Part shown: positions 9,242-18,254 of the stretch, one piece after another
How positions within the stretch are numbered: the stretch's first letter is position 1
Layout: the number at the start of each line of letters is the position of its first letter
Assembly (NCBI GenBank): GCA_043800255.1
Contig: JAZDNF010000003.1
Location: 1-64,000 of the forward strand
Source of the DNA: Candidatus Altiarchaeota archaeon
Lineage (GTDB): Archaea > Altiarchaeota > Altiarchaeia > IMC4 > SCGC-AAA252-I15
Direction of reading: 5' to 3'
DNA length: 64,000 nucleotides
Translations under genes and position numbers: made by a program
The notes under the pieces: model-generated
Databases searched by the model: none
Told to the model about the DNA's origin: nothing
The model's input: the letters and a program-made list of their open reading frames with translations, nothing else

Positions 9242-9427
9242 TAGCCCCGGGAGGATTCGAACCTCCGTCGCCCGGTTTCTTCATCAGAGCCTAACGGTTC
9301 TGATACCCCCTCGAATTTTCGCCTTTGGCGAAAATTCGTTTTTCTTTGGGGGTGAAGCACCTTTCTTTTTAAAAAAGAAAGGGGCTCCGCCAAAGCCGGG
9401 CAGGATTGGCCACTACCCTACGGGGCT
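9242..9427 (-). tRNA. tRNA-Gln(UUG) with 113-nt canonical 37/38 intron (9277-9389)
   Basis: AGCCCCG/CGGGGCT acceptor (A1-U72), CCCGG/CCGGG anticodon stem, T arm GGAGG-TTCGAAT-CCTCC; BHB central helix CTTT/GAAG. Confidence 0.92.
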
Positions 9428-9455
9428 GTCTATGTTTTTTTTCTTTTTGGACAAC

Positions 9456-9516
9456 TACGCGTTTTCTTTCTTTTCCGTAAACGCTTTTCTTTCTTTTTTG
9501 AAGAAAGAAAAGGGTT
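9456..9516 (-). repeat. Hairpin repeat copy starting immediately after the tRNA-Gly discriminator
   Basis: AACCCTTTTCTTTCTTCAAAAAAGAAAGAAAAGCGTTTACGGAAAAGAAAG; near copy of the tRNA-Gly intron content. Confidence 0.75.
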
Positions 9517-9666
9517 TGCGCCCGCCGGGATTCGAACCCGGGTCATCAGCTAACTTCAGAACCTGTTCACGTTTTTGTTCTTTCTTTTCGTGAACGTTTT
9601 CTTTCTTCTTAAGAAAGAAAAGGTTCCGTGGAAGGCTGAGGTCCTACCAGACTAGACTACAGACGC
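9517..9666 (-). tRNA. tRNA-Gly(UCC) with 77-nt canonical intron (9552-9628)
   Basis: GCGTCTG/CGGGCGC acceptor, TCAGC/GCTGA anticodon stem, perfect BHB helix CTTC/GAAG flanked by GGAACC/GGTTCT. Confidence 0.92.
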
Positions 9667-9824
9667 TTAGTGTTTGGATTCTTTCTTTTGGAGATGAAAC
9701 ACTTTTTGCTGCGAACCTTTGGTTCGCGGCAATCGGAAACCTTTGGTTTCCGCTTTCTTTTTTATGGATGAAAAGGGTTCTTTTTAGTGGGGGTAGGATA
9801 TATATAAAGCGGGGGGTTTTAAAA

Positions 9825-10745
9825 ATGTTTGTTTTTCCCGGGCAGGAGGTTTTCAACGTTGGGGGTTTGAGGTTTGGGGGTCAGATGGTTAATCCCTGTA
9901 AGATGGTTGCTACCGTCTTTTACAGGCGTGAGGGGGTTTTCTTGGATGGTGGTTTTTCCAGGTTTGACAGGCGGCTTGCTGGCTTGTTGATTGAGGATTT
10001 TGAGGCGGTTGGTTTGGAGTATGGTATTGAGTCTATGTTGGATGTTTTCGCTGAGAGCGGGGATGATATGGTGGAGAGGATTGATTTCGTCTGCTCTAGG
10101 ACTGATATGCCTTTTATGGTGGATTCCACTGATGCTGAGGTCAGGATGAGGGGTGTTGAGTTCGCTGAGGAGGTTGGGGTTGTTGACAGGGTGGTCTATA
10201 ATTCGATTAATGCCGGTATTAAGGAGCCTGAGATCGAGTTTCTAAGCGCGTCGAAGTTGAATGCCGCGGTTGTTTTGGCTTTCAACCCGGTTGACAGGTC
10301 CTTGAAGGGCAAGGTCGATATTCTTGAGAATGGTTCCAAGCTTCTTGATTCAGGTCTTCTGGACATTGCGAGGAGGTCGGGCGTGAGGAAGGTTCTTATT
10401 GACACCGGCGTTACCCCTTTGGGGGATGGTGCTGGCGTCTCATGTCATGCTATAACAGTTTTGAAGTCGAGGTTCGGGCTGCCGACTGGGAATGGAGTGC
10501 ATAATGTCGTCTCAGGTTTGAAGGGCAGATTGATAGGCAAGGATGGGGGATGTTTGGACGCCTCTTTGCATGCTGTTTCCAGGGTCTTGGGCGCTGATTT
10601 TCTGATGTTCGGGCCGATAGAGAACGCTAAAAAAATTTACCCTGTTATGGCCTTGACGGAGGCTGTGGTGGGCGAGTCTCTGATGGGCAGGGGTTTCTGC
10701 CTTGACGGGGGGCATCCTCTTTCGAAGTTGATGTCTGGTGTATGA
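9825..10745 (+). CDS. mtrH: Tetrahydromethanopterin S-methyltransferase subunit H-like pterin methyltransferase
   Basis: MFVF...Q.VFNVGGLRFGGQ start, PFMVDST, VYNSIN, LIDTGVTPLG, GLPTGNGVHN, GADFLMFGPIENA; start placed at MFVF. Confidence 0.85.
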   Translation: MFVFPGQEVFNVGGLRFGGQMVNPCKMVATVFYRREGVFLDGGFSRFDRRLAGLLIEDFEAVGLEYGIESMLDVFAESGDDMVERIDFVCSRTDMPFMVDSTDAEVRMRGVEFAEEVGVVDRVVYNSINAGIKEPEIEFLSASKLNAAVVLAFNPVDRSLKGKVDILENGSKLLDSGLLDIARRSGVRKVLIDTGVTPLGDGAGVSCHAITVLKSRFGLPTGNGVHNVVSGLKGRLIGKDGGCLDASLHAVSRVLGADFLMFGPIENAKKIYPVMALTEAVVGESLMGRGFCLDGGHPLSKLMSGV

Positions 10746-11053
10746 TGGAATCTGAGAAAGTGGATGGGGGGGAGTTTGATAGGCGTGCTGGCTTGGATGG
10801 CAGCGGGTTTTTCGTCATACACGTTGACCATGAAAGAGGTAGGCTGGTTGTTGAATTCTACTCTTACGATCGAAAGCTGAGGGACAAGATTGTGGGGGAC
10901 AATGCCATGAGAATCTGTGAGAGGGTTGTGGAGAAGGGGCTTATATCTGACTTGGGCCATGGCATGTACCTTGGGAGGGAGCTGGCGAAGGCGGAGATCG
11001 CGTTGAGGGGTGGCTTCAGGTACAAGCAGGATACTCCGCTGTCCTTATCCTAG
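10742..11053 (+). CDS. DUF4346-like protein
   Basis: LDGSGFFVI...LISDLGHGMYLGRELAKAEIAL...YKQD motif. Confidence 0.8.
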   Translation: MMESEKVDGGEFDRRAGLDGSGFFVIHVDHERGRLVVEFYSYDRKLRDKIVGDNAMRICERVVEKGLISDLGHGMYLGRELAKAEIALRGGFRYKQDTPLSLS

Positions 11054-12091
11054 GGGCCTCTCACTCCGGTAGTTTCTCACAATCTGGCCTAAGGATACTC
11101 TCTTCTGCCTCTCAGATGCATGGAGTTCGTTCAGATTGACGTAGTAGCAGTTTTGGAACTCCTTTAGTATTGAGGGCGGGAGTGTGGCGACGCCCTTAGG
11201 GTTGAGCTTCTTCGCCAGGTTTATGTTGTCAGTGAAGACTAGGGTTATGCCTTCCGGCAGTGTGTCATCAAGCTTTGCCATGCCTTTAGCATAGGTCATG
11301 CCCTCGAAGTGTGCTGGGTAGAGTCCGACCGGCTTTATTTTTTTCCCTGTCAGATCGTGCCATATGCTTCTGAATTGCTGCATCAGCCGCAGATCAGCTT
11401 CCCTCTCCCTGAGTTTCATCCTCAGAGTCGATGCAATATCGTTCAATCTGCCTATCTCGCTCTCCTTCAGCATCTCCCTGCGGTATTTCGAGCGCTCCAG
11501 TTTCAGGCTTTCAGACAGTTTTTCTATCCTCTTATCCTTTTCTCTGGCTTCATTCTGAAGCTCTTCCAGTTGGGATTTCAGCCGCAATATGCCGTCAACG
11601 CTGACGTGCGCAGAGTGGTTTCTCTTCTTTTTAGGCTTGCTGTTTTTTTCTGGCTGGCCGCTTTTATACTTGATGGCGAGGCCTGCAATCACGTTATGTT
11701 TGACGTCCTGGCCTAGGTCAAGCGACTCTATCTTCTGAAATTTGTTCTTGTAGTTGTTGTATGCGCTTATGGAGGCTGCGAGAGCGTCGCGTTGGTGTGA
11801 GTTTTCTACCTGATACGCTCTAGTGAGCTCTAGCTTCTCTGAGACTGTCAGAGGATGCTCAGGACGGTAGACCTGGCAGCCGAGCTTTGATGAGATTTTT
11901 TCGACGAAATGCGGGAGAGGGTTGACGTCAGACGCTATGAGAGACGCGCGCCCGAATTGTATGATGTAATCTATGGTCTCGCTGACTCCCATGTCTTTTG
12001 AACTGTGGAGTCTGATCAGTCTTCCGTTCAAATCCAGTATCGCGATCCCCGTGGTCGTCCCAGGGTCTACTCCCACGATAATGTATTCCAT
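11045..12091 (-). CDS. DUF460-family protein (RNase H-like fold plus coiled coil)
   Basis: IIVGVDPGTTTGIAILDL and NSHQRDALAA; start at MEYII overlaps the purF stop. Confidence 0.8.
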   Translation of the reverse strand: MEYIIVGVDPGTTTGIAILDLNGRLIRLHSSKDMGVSETIDYIIQFGRASLIASDVNPLPHFVEKISSKLGCQVYRPEHPLTVSEKLELTRAYQVENSHQRDALAASISAYNNYKNKFQKIESLDLGQDVKHNVIAGLAIKYKSGQPEKNSKPKKKRNHSAHVSVDGILRLKSQLEELQNEAREKDKRIEKLSESLKLERSKYRREMLKESEIGRLNDIASTLRMKLREREADLRLMQQFRSIWHDLTGKKIKPVGLYPAHFEGMTYAKGMAKLDDTLPEGITLVFTDNINLAKKLNPKGVATLPPSILKEFQNCYYVNLNELHASERQKRVSLGQIVRNYRSERPLG

Positions 12092-13446
12092 CACCCAACG
12101 AGTTTCGTCTGTTTTTCCTTTACAGGATAGTTGCCTGTGAGACATGCGAGGCAGAGCTTATCAGCCGGTAGGCCGATGGACGTTACAAGCCCGTGGAGGC
12201 TTATGTACGAGAGCGAGTCCGCACCTATCTCCTTGCTAATCTGCTCTACCGTCTTCTTGGAGGCTATGAACTCCTCTGATGTTTGCATGTCAATCCCGTA
12301 GGGGCATGTGTGCTTTACCGGCGGGCAGGATATCCTGACATGAACCTCCTTCGCCCCTGTGCTTTTTAAAAGCCGTATGAGTCTCTTCTGTGTGGTGCCT
12401 CTTACGATGGAGTCGTCTACGAGAACCAGTTTTTTCCCGTTGATTTCGCTAGCGATCGGGTTAAGTTTGACCTTCACGCTGACGTCCCTCTGGTTCTGCT
12501 CAGGCAGTATGAACGTCCTCCCAATGTACCTGTTCTTTATGAGAGCCTCGGAGTAGCTTATCCCTGACGCTTCAGAGTACCCTATGGCCGCGGTTATGCC
12601 TGAGTCTGGGACGGGGGTGACTATGTCAGCCTTCACGCTGCTCTCTTTTGCCAGCGTCTTGCCGAGATTCTTCCTAACGTTATAGACTGAGACGTCATTG
12701 ATTATGGAATCCGGCCTTGAGAAGTATACGTATTCGAACATGCAGTGGGAGGTGTTCTCTCTGTTTCCGTGATACGATTTCACGGTGTCATCGACCACGA
12801 TTATTTCAGCAGGCTTGACGTCCCTCTCGAGTTTGGCGCCTACGACGTCCAACGCGCAGCTTTCAGACGCGAATACATGGCCTTCTCCAAGCCGTCCGTA
12901 CACGAGGGGGCGGATTCCGTGCGGGTCCCTTACAGCTATCAGCTTTCCATCGTAGAGGATGACAAGAGAGTAGGAGCCTATGAGCTCCTTCATGGCCATC
13001 TTGATGCCCTCAACGAAGTCGCCTGTATTGAGATGCTCCTGGACTATAATCTGGGCTATGACCTCAGTATCGGAAGACGTTGTGAATATGTTGCCCTTGT
13101 CTTCAAGTTTTTTTTTAAGCTCGGCGTGGTTGAGAATCTGGCCGTTGTGAGCTAACGCGAAAGAGCCCCCAGAGTAGCTTATGTACAGGGGTTGGGCGTT
13201 CTCTATCTTAGAGCCGCCCTCTGTGGAGTATCTGACGTGGCCTATCCCTACGTTCCCCTCCAGGAGGATGTTCCTGAAGACCTCTGAAACGAGCCCCATG
13301 CCTTTATGGACCCGTATGCCATCGTTATCAACTGCGATGCCGGCCGACTCCTGGCCCCGATGTTGCATCGAGTACAGCCCATAGTAGACATGGTTGAATA
13401 CGCTGGTGTCTGACTTTATGCCAAAAACGGCACACTTGTCCTGCAT
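12091..13446 (-). CDS. purF: Amidophosphoribosyltransferase
   Basis: N-terminal Cys, QHRGQESAG, GHVRYST, PRPP motif VLVDDSIVRGTT, CLACLTG. Confidence 0.97.
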   Translation of the reverse strand: MQDKCAVFGIKSDTSVFNHVYYGLYSMQHRGQESAGIAVDNDGIRVHKGMGLVSEVFRNILLEGNVGIGHVRYSTEGGSKIENAQPLYISYSGGSFALAHNGQILNHAELKKKLEDKGNIFTTSSDTEVIAQIIVQEHLNTGDFVEGIKMAMKELIGSYSLVILYDGKLIAVRDPHGIRPLVYGRLGEGHVFASESCALDVVGAKLERDVKPAEIIVVDDTVKSYHGNRENTSHCMFEYVYFSRPDSIINDVSVYNVRKNLGKTLAKESSVKADIVTPVPDSGITAAIGYSEASGISYSEALIKNRYIGRTFILPEQNQRDVSVKVKLNPIASEINGKKLVLVDDSIVRGTTQKRLIRLLKSTGAKEVHVRISCPPVKHTCPYGIDMQTSEEFIASKKTVEQISKEIGADSLSYISLHGLVTSIGLPADKLCLACLTGNYPVKEKQTKLVG

Positions 13447-13496
13447 TTTCGGGGGAAGTAATACTTTTCTTCTTACATGCTTAAATAAGTTAAACC

Positions 13497-14648
13497 ATGG
13501 AATTCAAGGCTCTTAGAACTGGCATATGCTTCAACGGCTTCAAGGCCTCTGGAGTGAGGTCTGGGAAGCAGGGTGTAGCCCTGATTACTGCCGGAAAAGC
13601 CTGCAATGCTGTCGGCGTCTTCACGAGGAATAGGATAAAATCAGGTTCTGTGGTCTACACTCGGAGGAAGCTTAGGAACGGCATAATGGCGGTCGTCGTG
13701 AACTCCGGTAATGCGAACTGCTGCACTTCCACGGACGTAAAAGATGCCGACACGCTGGCATCATATGCTTCAAAGTACCTTGTAGTGGGAAAGGAGAACG
13801 TCGCAGTCTCCTCGACAGGCATCATCGGCAGGAGATTGAACACGAAAGGCCTCAGGCCGCTGATAGAGAAGGCTTCGGAGGGCTTAGGATGTTCCGGGAA
13901 AAAATCGCTTGAAGCTGCGAAGGCCATAATGACAACCGACACGAAGCCTAAAGTCTTCGCATACTCGCATAAGGGCATTATCATAGGAGGCATATGCAAG
14001 GGCTCTGGGATGATAGCGCCTAACATGGGGACGATGCTGTGCTTTCTCACCTCAAACGCCGACCTCCCCAGGGGATATCTGAAGAAGGCCCTTTCTGAGG
14101 CTGTTGACTCAACATTCAACATGATCGTGCTGGACGATATGAGCACGAACGATTCTGTCATGCTGCTGACAGATTCTTCTAAGAAATGCTCTCCCAAAGA
14201 CTTTAAGCTTCTCCTGACTCATGTTCTCAGGCAGTTCGTCAAGCTGATGCTCGAAGACGCGGAGGGCGCCTCAAAGGTCTTGGAAGTCACAATCAGGGGA
14301 GCTAAGGATGTTAAAACGGCCGGAAAGGCTGCAAAGGCTGTCGTCTCATCAAACCTCGTTAAGACCGCATTCTACGGTGAGAATCCGAACTGGGGGAGGA
14401 TAGCAAACAAGCTCGGCGGCACCATAGAGGTGGACTTCAGGAAGCTTGACATTGTTTTCGCGTCTGACAGGGGCAGAGCCTACGCCGTAAAATCCGGAAG
14501 ACCGCAGGATATAAGAAGATTGGCCAGAATCCTTAAGTCGAAGAAGATTCACGTCATCGCAGACCTGAAATCCGGTAGATCTGAGGCTACCGCATGGGGC
14601 TGCGATCTAACGCCAGGCTACGTTAAGATAAACGCCGAATACAATTAG
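13497..14648 (+). CDS. argJ: Ornithine acetyltransferase ArgJ
   Basis: VNSGNANC, STGIIG, IMTTDT, KGSGMIAPNMGTML, STND, PNWGRI, YVKINAEY. Confidence 0.95.
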   Translation: MEFKALRTGICFNGFKASGVRSGKQGVALITAGKACNAVGVFTRNRIKSGSVVYTRRKLRNGIMAVVVNSGNANCCTSTDVKDADTLASYASKYLVVGKENVAVSSTGIIGRRLNTKGLRPLIEKASEGLGCSGKKSLEAAKAIMTTDTKPKVFAYSHKGIIIGGICKGSGMIAPNMGTMLCFLTSNADLPRGYLKKALSEAVDSTFNMIVLDDMSTNDSVMLLTDSSKKCSPKDFKLLLTHVLRQFVKLMLEDAEGASKVLEVTIRGAKDVKTAGKAAKAVVSSNLVKTAFYGENPNWGRIANKLGGTIEVDFRKLDIVFASDRGRAYAVKSGRPQDIRRLARILKSKKIHVIADLKSGRSEATAWGCDLTPGYVKINAEYN

Positions 14649-14649
14649 G

Positions 14650-15270
14650 ATGAGGATACTGGGTTCTAACAAGGGCGCTATTGAGGTTTTGATACTAGCT
14701 AACGCCCTCGCGTTCATAATCACGCTTATAAACCAGAAATGGGTTTTCATGAACTTCGCACTCCAGCCTGCCACGGTGTTCGTCAAACCTTGGACGATAG
14801 TGACCAACATGTTCTTGCACGCCGGCCTGGGGCATATCGCATTCAACATGATAGCATTGTTCTTCTTTGGGATATATCTGGAACAGCTTGTCGGAGAGGA
14901 ACGGTTCCTGAAGATCTACTTATGGGGCGGGGTCTTCGCGAGCATAGCTTACGTGTTCACCTCGATCTTTTTCGGGCTTCCGAGTCCGACGGTTTTCGCT
15001 GTCGGCGCATCGGGAGCGGTCTTCGCGATTATGGGGGCCCTCGTAGTATTAAGGCCTAATATGACGATACTCTACAACTTTTTCATACCGATGCCGCTCT
15101 GGGTTTGGGCCATAATCTACACCATAATAGCAGTGCCCGAGATGCTCTACCCTGTCGGTTCCATAGCGCACAACGCGCACCTCGGCGGGATGCTCGCAGG
15201 TTACTATTTCGGGAAGAGGATACAGGCAGAGGGTACGGGAGGGGGAGGATACGGGTACAGATTTTACTGA
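14650..15270 (+). CDS. Rhomboid intramembrane serine protease
   Basis: PW.....FLH...HI.FNM, VGASGA and AHLGG motifs. Confidence 0.93.
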   Translation: MRILGSNKGAIEVLILANALAFIITLINQKWVFMNFALQPATVFVKPWTIVTNMFLHAGLGHIAFNMIALFFFGIYLEQLVGEERFLKIYLWGGVFASIAYVFTSIFFGLPSPTVFAVGASGAVFAIMGALVVLRPNMTILYNFFIPMPLWVWAIIYTIIAVPEMLYPVGSIAHNAHLGGMLAGYYFGKRIQAEGTGGGGYGYRFY

Positions 15271-15272
15271 AT

Positions 15273-16163
15273 ATGAAAGAGACAGGCAAAGCTAGGCTGA
15301 TTAGGAGCGTTCGCGTGCTGGCCAGGATAATCAGGCTCAGGAACGCGCTCATAACATTCTTCGGCGTGCTGGTCGGAGCCACGCTAGTCGACACTGTTGA
15401 AGTAATCCCCATGAATTCTGACGTCATGATGGCAGGTCTGGCCGCCTTCCTCATAGTCGGTGGGGGAAACACCCTAAATGACTTCTTCGACTATGAGATT
15501 GATAAAACGAACCGGCCTGACAGGCCCATCCCATCGGGCATGATATCAAGAAGCGACTCTCTCATGCTTTCAGCCACGCTGTTTCTTGTGGGATTGGGTC
15601 TTGCGAAGTCGATAAACAGATACGCTTTGATCATAGCCATAACTAACACTCTGATTCTGATATTGTACGCCAAATTCTCGAAAAGGCTGCTGCTCATCTC
15701 AAACCTGAGCATAAGCTATCTTGTTGCGTCCATATTCCTCTTCGGCGCTGTTTCAGTATCATCAGACATCAATGGGAATACCGGCAGCATCCACCTTGCG
15801 ACTGTACTGTTCGCCTGCGCCTTTCTGATGACCTTCGCAAGGGAGATAGTAAAAGACATAGAGGATTTCGAGGGGGACAGGCGAGCTTACTCCAGAACAT
15901 TGCCTATTGTATTAGGCATATCGAATGCGAAGCGCATAACCATCATCTTCGGGCTGACTGCCGTCGTATTGAGCCTCGTGCCGCTTGTGCACTCGTATCA
16001 GACAATAAACGAGAGCATATATGGCATAATAATCGGCCTTGCTGATGTCATATTCGTCGCCGCCCTCACAATGTACGCACCATTAAGCCAGAAGGTCATG
16101 GTCCTCGGCATGCTATTAAGCCTATTCGGGTTCTTCTTCGGCAACATCGCAACAAAGATATAA
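15273..16163 (+). CDS. UbiA-family prenyltransferase, likely digeranylgeranylglyceryl phosphate synthase
   Basis: NDFFDYEIDKTNRPDRPIPSG and REIVKDIEDFEGD; start placed at MKETG after the rhomboid stop. Confidence 0.88.
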   Translation: MKETGKARLIRSVRVLARIIRLRNALITFFGVLVGATLVDTVEVIPMNSDVMMAGLAAFLIVGGGNTLNDFFDYEIDKTNRPDRPIPSGMISRSDSLMLSATLFLVGLGLAKSINRYALIIAITNTLILILYAKFSKRLLLISNLSISYLVASIFLFGAVSVSSDINGNTGSIHLATVLFACAFLMTFAREIVKDIEDFEGDRRAYSRTLPIVLGISNAKRITIIFGLTAVVLSLVPLVHSYQTINESIYGIIIGLADVIFVAALTMYAPLSQKVMVLGMLLSLFGFFFGNIATKI

Positions 16164-16194
16164 AACATCCCTCCCTAGTATTTAAAATCAATAA

Positions 16195-16379
16195 GCCTCA
16201 GTAGCTCAGTCGGCAGAGCGTTGCCTTGGTACAGCCCTTTCTTTTCCCGAAAAGAAAGCGCGGCGAAGACTTAAGTGTCTTCGTGCGCAACGAGACAAAA
16301 GTCTCGTTTGCGCTGGCGGAAAGAAAAGCCATTGGTTCCAAAAAGGCAAAGGTCGCGAGTTCAATTCTCGCCTGGGGCT
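16195..16379 (+). tRNA. tRNA-Thr(GGU) with 112-nt canonical intron (16232-16343)
   Basis: GCCTCAG/CTGGGGC acceptor, U73, TTGCC/GGCAA anticodon stem, BHB helix TTGG/CCAA. Confidence 0.92.
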
Positions 16380-16482
16380 AAGGTAGACTCAGGGTTCTGA
16401 CGAGTTCATTATAATATCATATGTTATCATATGACAGTGTATTTATGCCTCTTTTTTTACTAGGGACTGTAGATACTATATT

Positions 16483-17076
16483 ATGCCGGTCAAGACGGCG
16501 ATGCTCAAAATCGCGGAACACATAAACGACGCCGTGAAGGAGATAGACGACGGAGAAGTCGACCTCATGGTGGAGGAGATACAGAAGGCCAAGAAGATAT
16601 TCTTAGTAGGCGCTGGCAGGTCAGGGCTTGTTGCGAAAGCCTTCGCAATGAGGCTGGTCCAGCTCGGGCTCACAGCATACGTTGTCGGTGAGACAACATC
16701 GCCGGCAATAACAAAAAAAGACCTTCTCATCGCAGTCTCAGGCTCGGGTAAGACCACCAACGTCGTCAACGTCACGAAAATCGCGAAGGACATCGGCGCC
16801 AAGGCGCTTACAATAACATCATATCCTAATGCAGACTTAGGGCAGCTGTCAGACCATGTTGTTAAGATAAAGGGCAGGACGAAGATAGACATAGAGAAAG
16901 ACTACACTGAAAGCCAGCTCAAAGGTCATTTCTCCTCTCTAACTCCCCTGGGAACGCTCTTCGAGGACACTGTCATGATATTCTTCGACGGAGTTATCGC
17001 AAGGCTGATGAGCGAGCTTGGCAAGGGTGAGAGTTACATGAAAAAGCGCCACGCCACGCTTGAATGGTTCTACTGA
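16483..17076 (+). CDS. hxlB: 6-phospho-3-hexuloisomerase (SIS domain)
   Basis: GAGRSGLVAKAFAMRL, VVGETT, SGSGKT, PLGTLFE, terminal RHATLE. Confidence 0.93.
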   Translation: MPVKTAMLKIAEHINDAVKEIDDGEVDLMVEEIQKAKKIFLVGAGRSGLVAKAFAMRLVQLGLTAYVVGETTSPAITKKDLLIAVSGSGKTTNVVNVTKIAKDIGAKALTITSYPNADLGQLSDHVVKIKGRTKIDIEKDYTESQLKGHFSSLTPLGTLFEDTVMIFFDGVIARLMSELGKGESYMKKRHATLEWFY

Positions 17077-18137
17077 ACCCTGAACCTCAAGATTGCGCCA
17101 ACCCCGCCCAGAGAATTCAGCTGCCTGCCAGCCTCGGATTCGCTGTTTACAATATGGACCAGCCCCCTAGATGCTTTCACATTCTGCATGTTAGCATCAA
17201 GGCGCTCCCTGTCCCTGACAAATTCGTTATCGGTTACCAGCAGCGCCTCCACAGCCCCCAGATTTATCGCAGACTCGACATCGCCGAGGCCGTATGCGCC
17301 CAAACCGGAATCTTTGCCTATGTTTTCCAGAAGCTTTTCAACCAGCTGTATGTCCTTCACAGATGCTGACTCTTCGATAACTTTTCGGGTTTCATCCCTC
17401 TTCAAGACCTCGATTACGCCGTTCCTCCCTGATGAACCGGTGTGCTCTAGGATGCAGTTGCCGCTGATTGCCGGGGAGTGTTCCCGCAGATAGTTGAGAA
17501 AATTCTCCTTCTCGAAGCCTGGGCCGGCGACTATGGTCTTGGCTATCGAATCCGACTGTATGAGCTGTTCCAGCAGACCGCCCACTTCGCTGTAGAATTC
17601 ATCCTTCCGGGATTTCCTCTGCGCGGTGTCGTATTTGCCCCCTATGGTCTTCGTTATCTCATAGTATTTGATCTGTGATTCCCTCACCAGCCCGATGCTG
17701 GCCTCACCCTCGTCTATCACAGCAACCAGGAGCTTAGGCCGGAAGGTCGACCGCTCAGCCTCTTTCAGGCGGCTGAAGTCGACCTCAGACCACCTCTCTT
17801 TTACAATATCAAGGACGGTCCCGTGCTCGACCGTGAACGTGTGATGGGATCCTACCGAGACCAAATCCTCAGGGCCTTCGGTTATTATCCCAGAAATCCT
17901 GAAACTGCCAGTCTCAGACTTGAACTCCGTCTTCTCGACTCGGATCTTCAGCCTGACGGGCCTGCGCTCCCCCCCGCTGCTCCTCCCGATATCCTCCTTG
18001 TCCTTTATCCTCCTGTAGGATACCGACGTCACAAGGTCGCCTGGCATGATAACATGGCTCAGATACCACAAATCGTCCAAATTCTCAGACCTCGCTTTCA
18101 CAAAACCGTGCCTGAGATCGGACTTCAGGATTTTCAT
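17070..18137 (-). CDS. pelA: Pelota (aDom34) ribosome rescue factor
   Basis: ENLDDLWYL, GSHHT, AGPGFEK, LGGVGAILRF; true start MKILK (the longer ORF overlaps tRNA-Glu). Confidence 0.95.
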   Translation of the reverse strand: MKILKSDLRHGFVKARSENLDDLWYLSHVIMPGDLVTSVSYRRIKDKEDIGRSSGGERRPVRLKIRVEKTEFKSETGSFRISGIITEGPEDLVSVGSHHTFTVEHGTVLDIVKERWSEVDFSRLKEAERSTFRPKLLVAVIDEGEASIGLVRESQIKYYEITKTIGGKYDTAQRKSRKDEFYSEVGGLLEQLIQSDSIAKTIVAGPGFEKENFLNYLREHSPAISGNCILEHTGSSGRNGVIEVLKRDETRKVIEESASVKDIQLVEKLLENIGKDSGLGAYGLGDVESAINLGAVEALLVTDNEFVRDRERLDANMQNVKASRGLVHIVNSESEAGRQLNSLGGVGAILRFRVQ

Positions 18138-18199
18138 ACAACAGTATATTGAGAACACAAAAAGAAAACAGGATAGTATCACTTGAGGAGCAGCCGCAT

Positions 18200-18254
18200 C
18201 CCTTCTTTCTTTTTCCCAAAGGTTTTTCTTTCTTCGGGAAGAAAGAAAAAGGCT
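18200..18254 (-). repeat. Hairpin repeat copy starting immediately after the tRNA-Glu discriminator
   Basis: AGCCTTTTTCTTTCTTCCCGAAGAAAGAAAAACCTTTGGGAAAAAGAAAGAAGG. Confidence 0.75.

Larger units (their letters stand above)
7810..9257. mobile_element. Decayed islet at the 3' end of tRNA-Gln, bounded by an 18-bp direct repeat
   Basis: TTTAGCCCCGGGAGGATT at 7810-7827 is identical to 9240-9257 (tRNA-Gln 3' end); the interior is AT-richer; no integrase seen. Confidence 0.55.

Noticed and set aside
16415-16433. TATCATATG tandem repeat upstream of hxlB as a regulator site
   Set aside because: Too short and AT-rich to support without comparative data.
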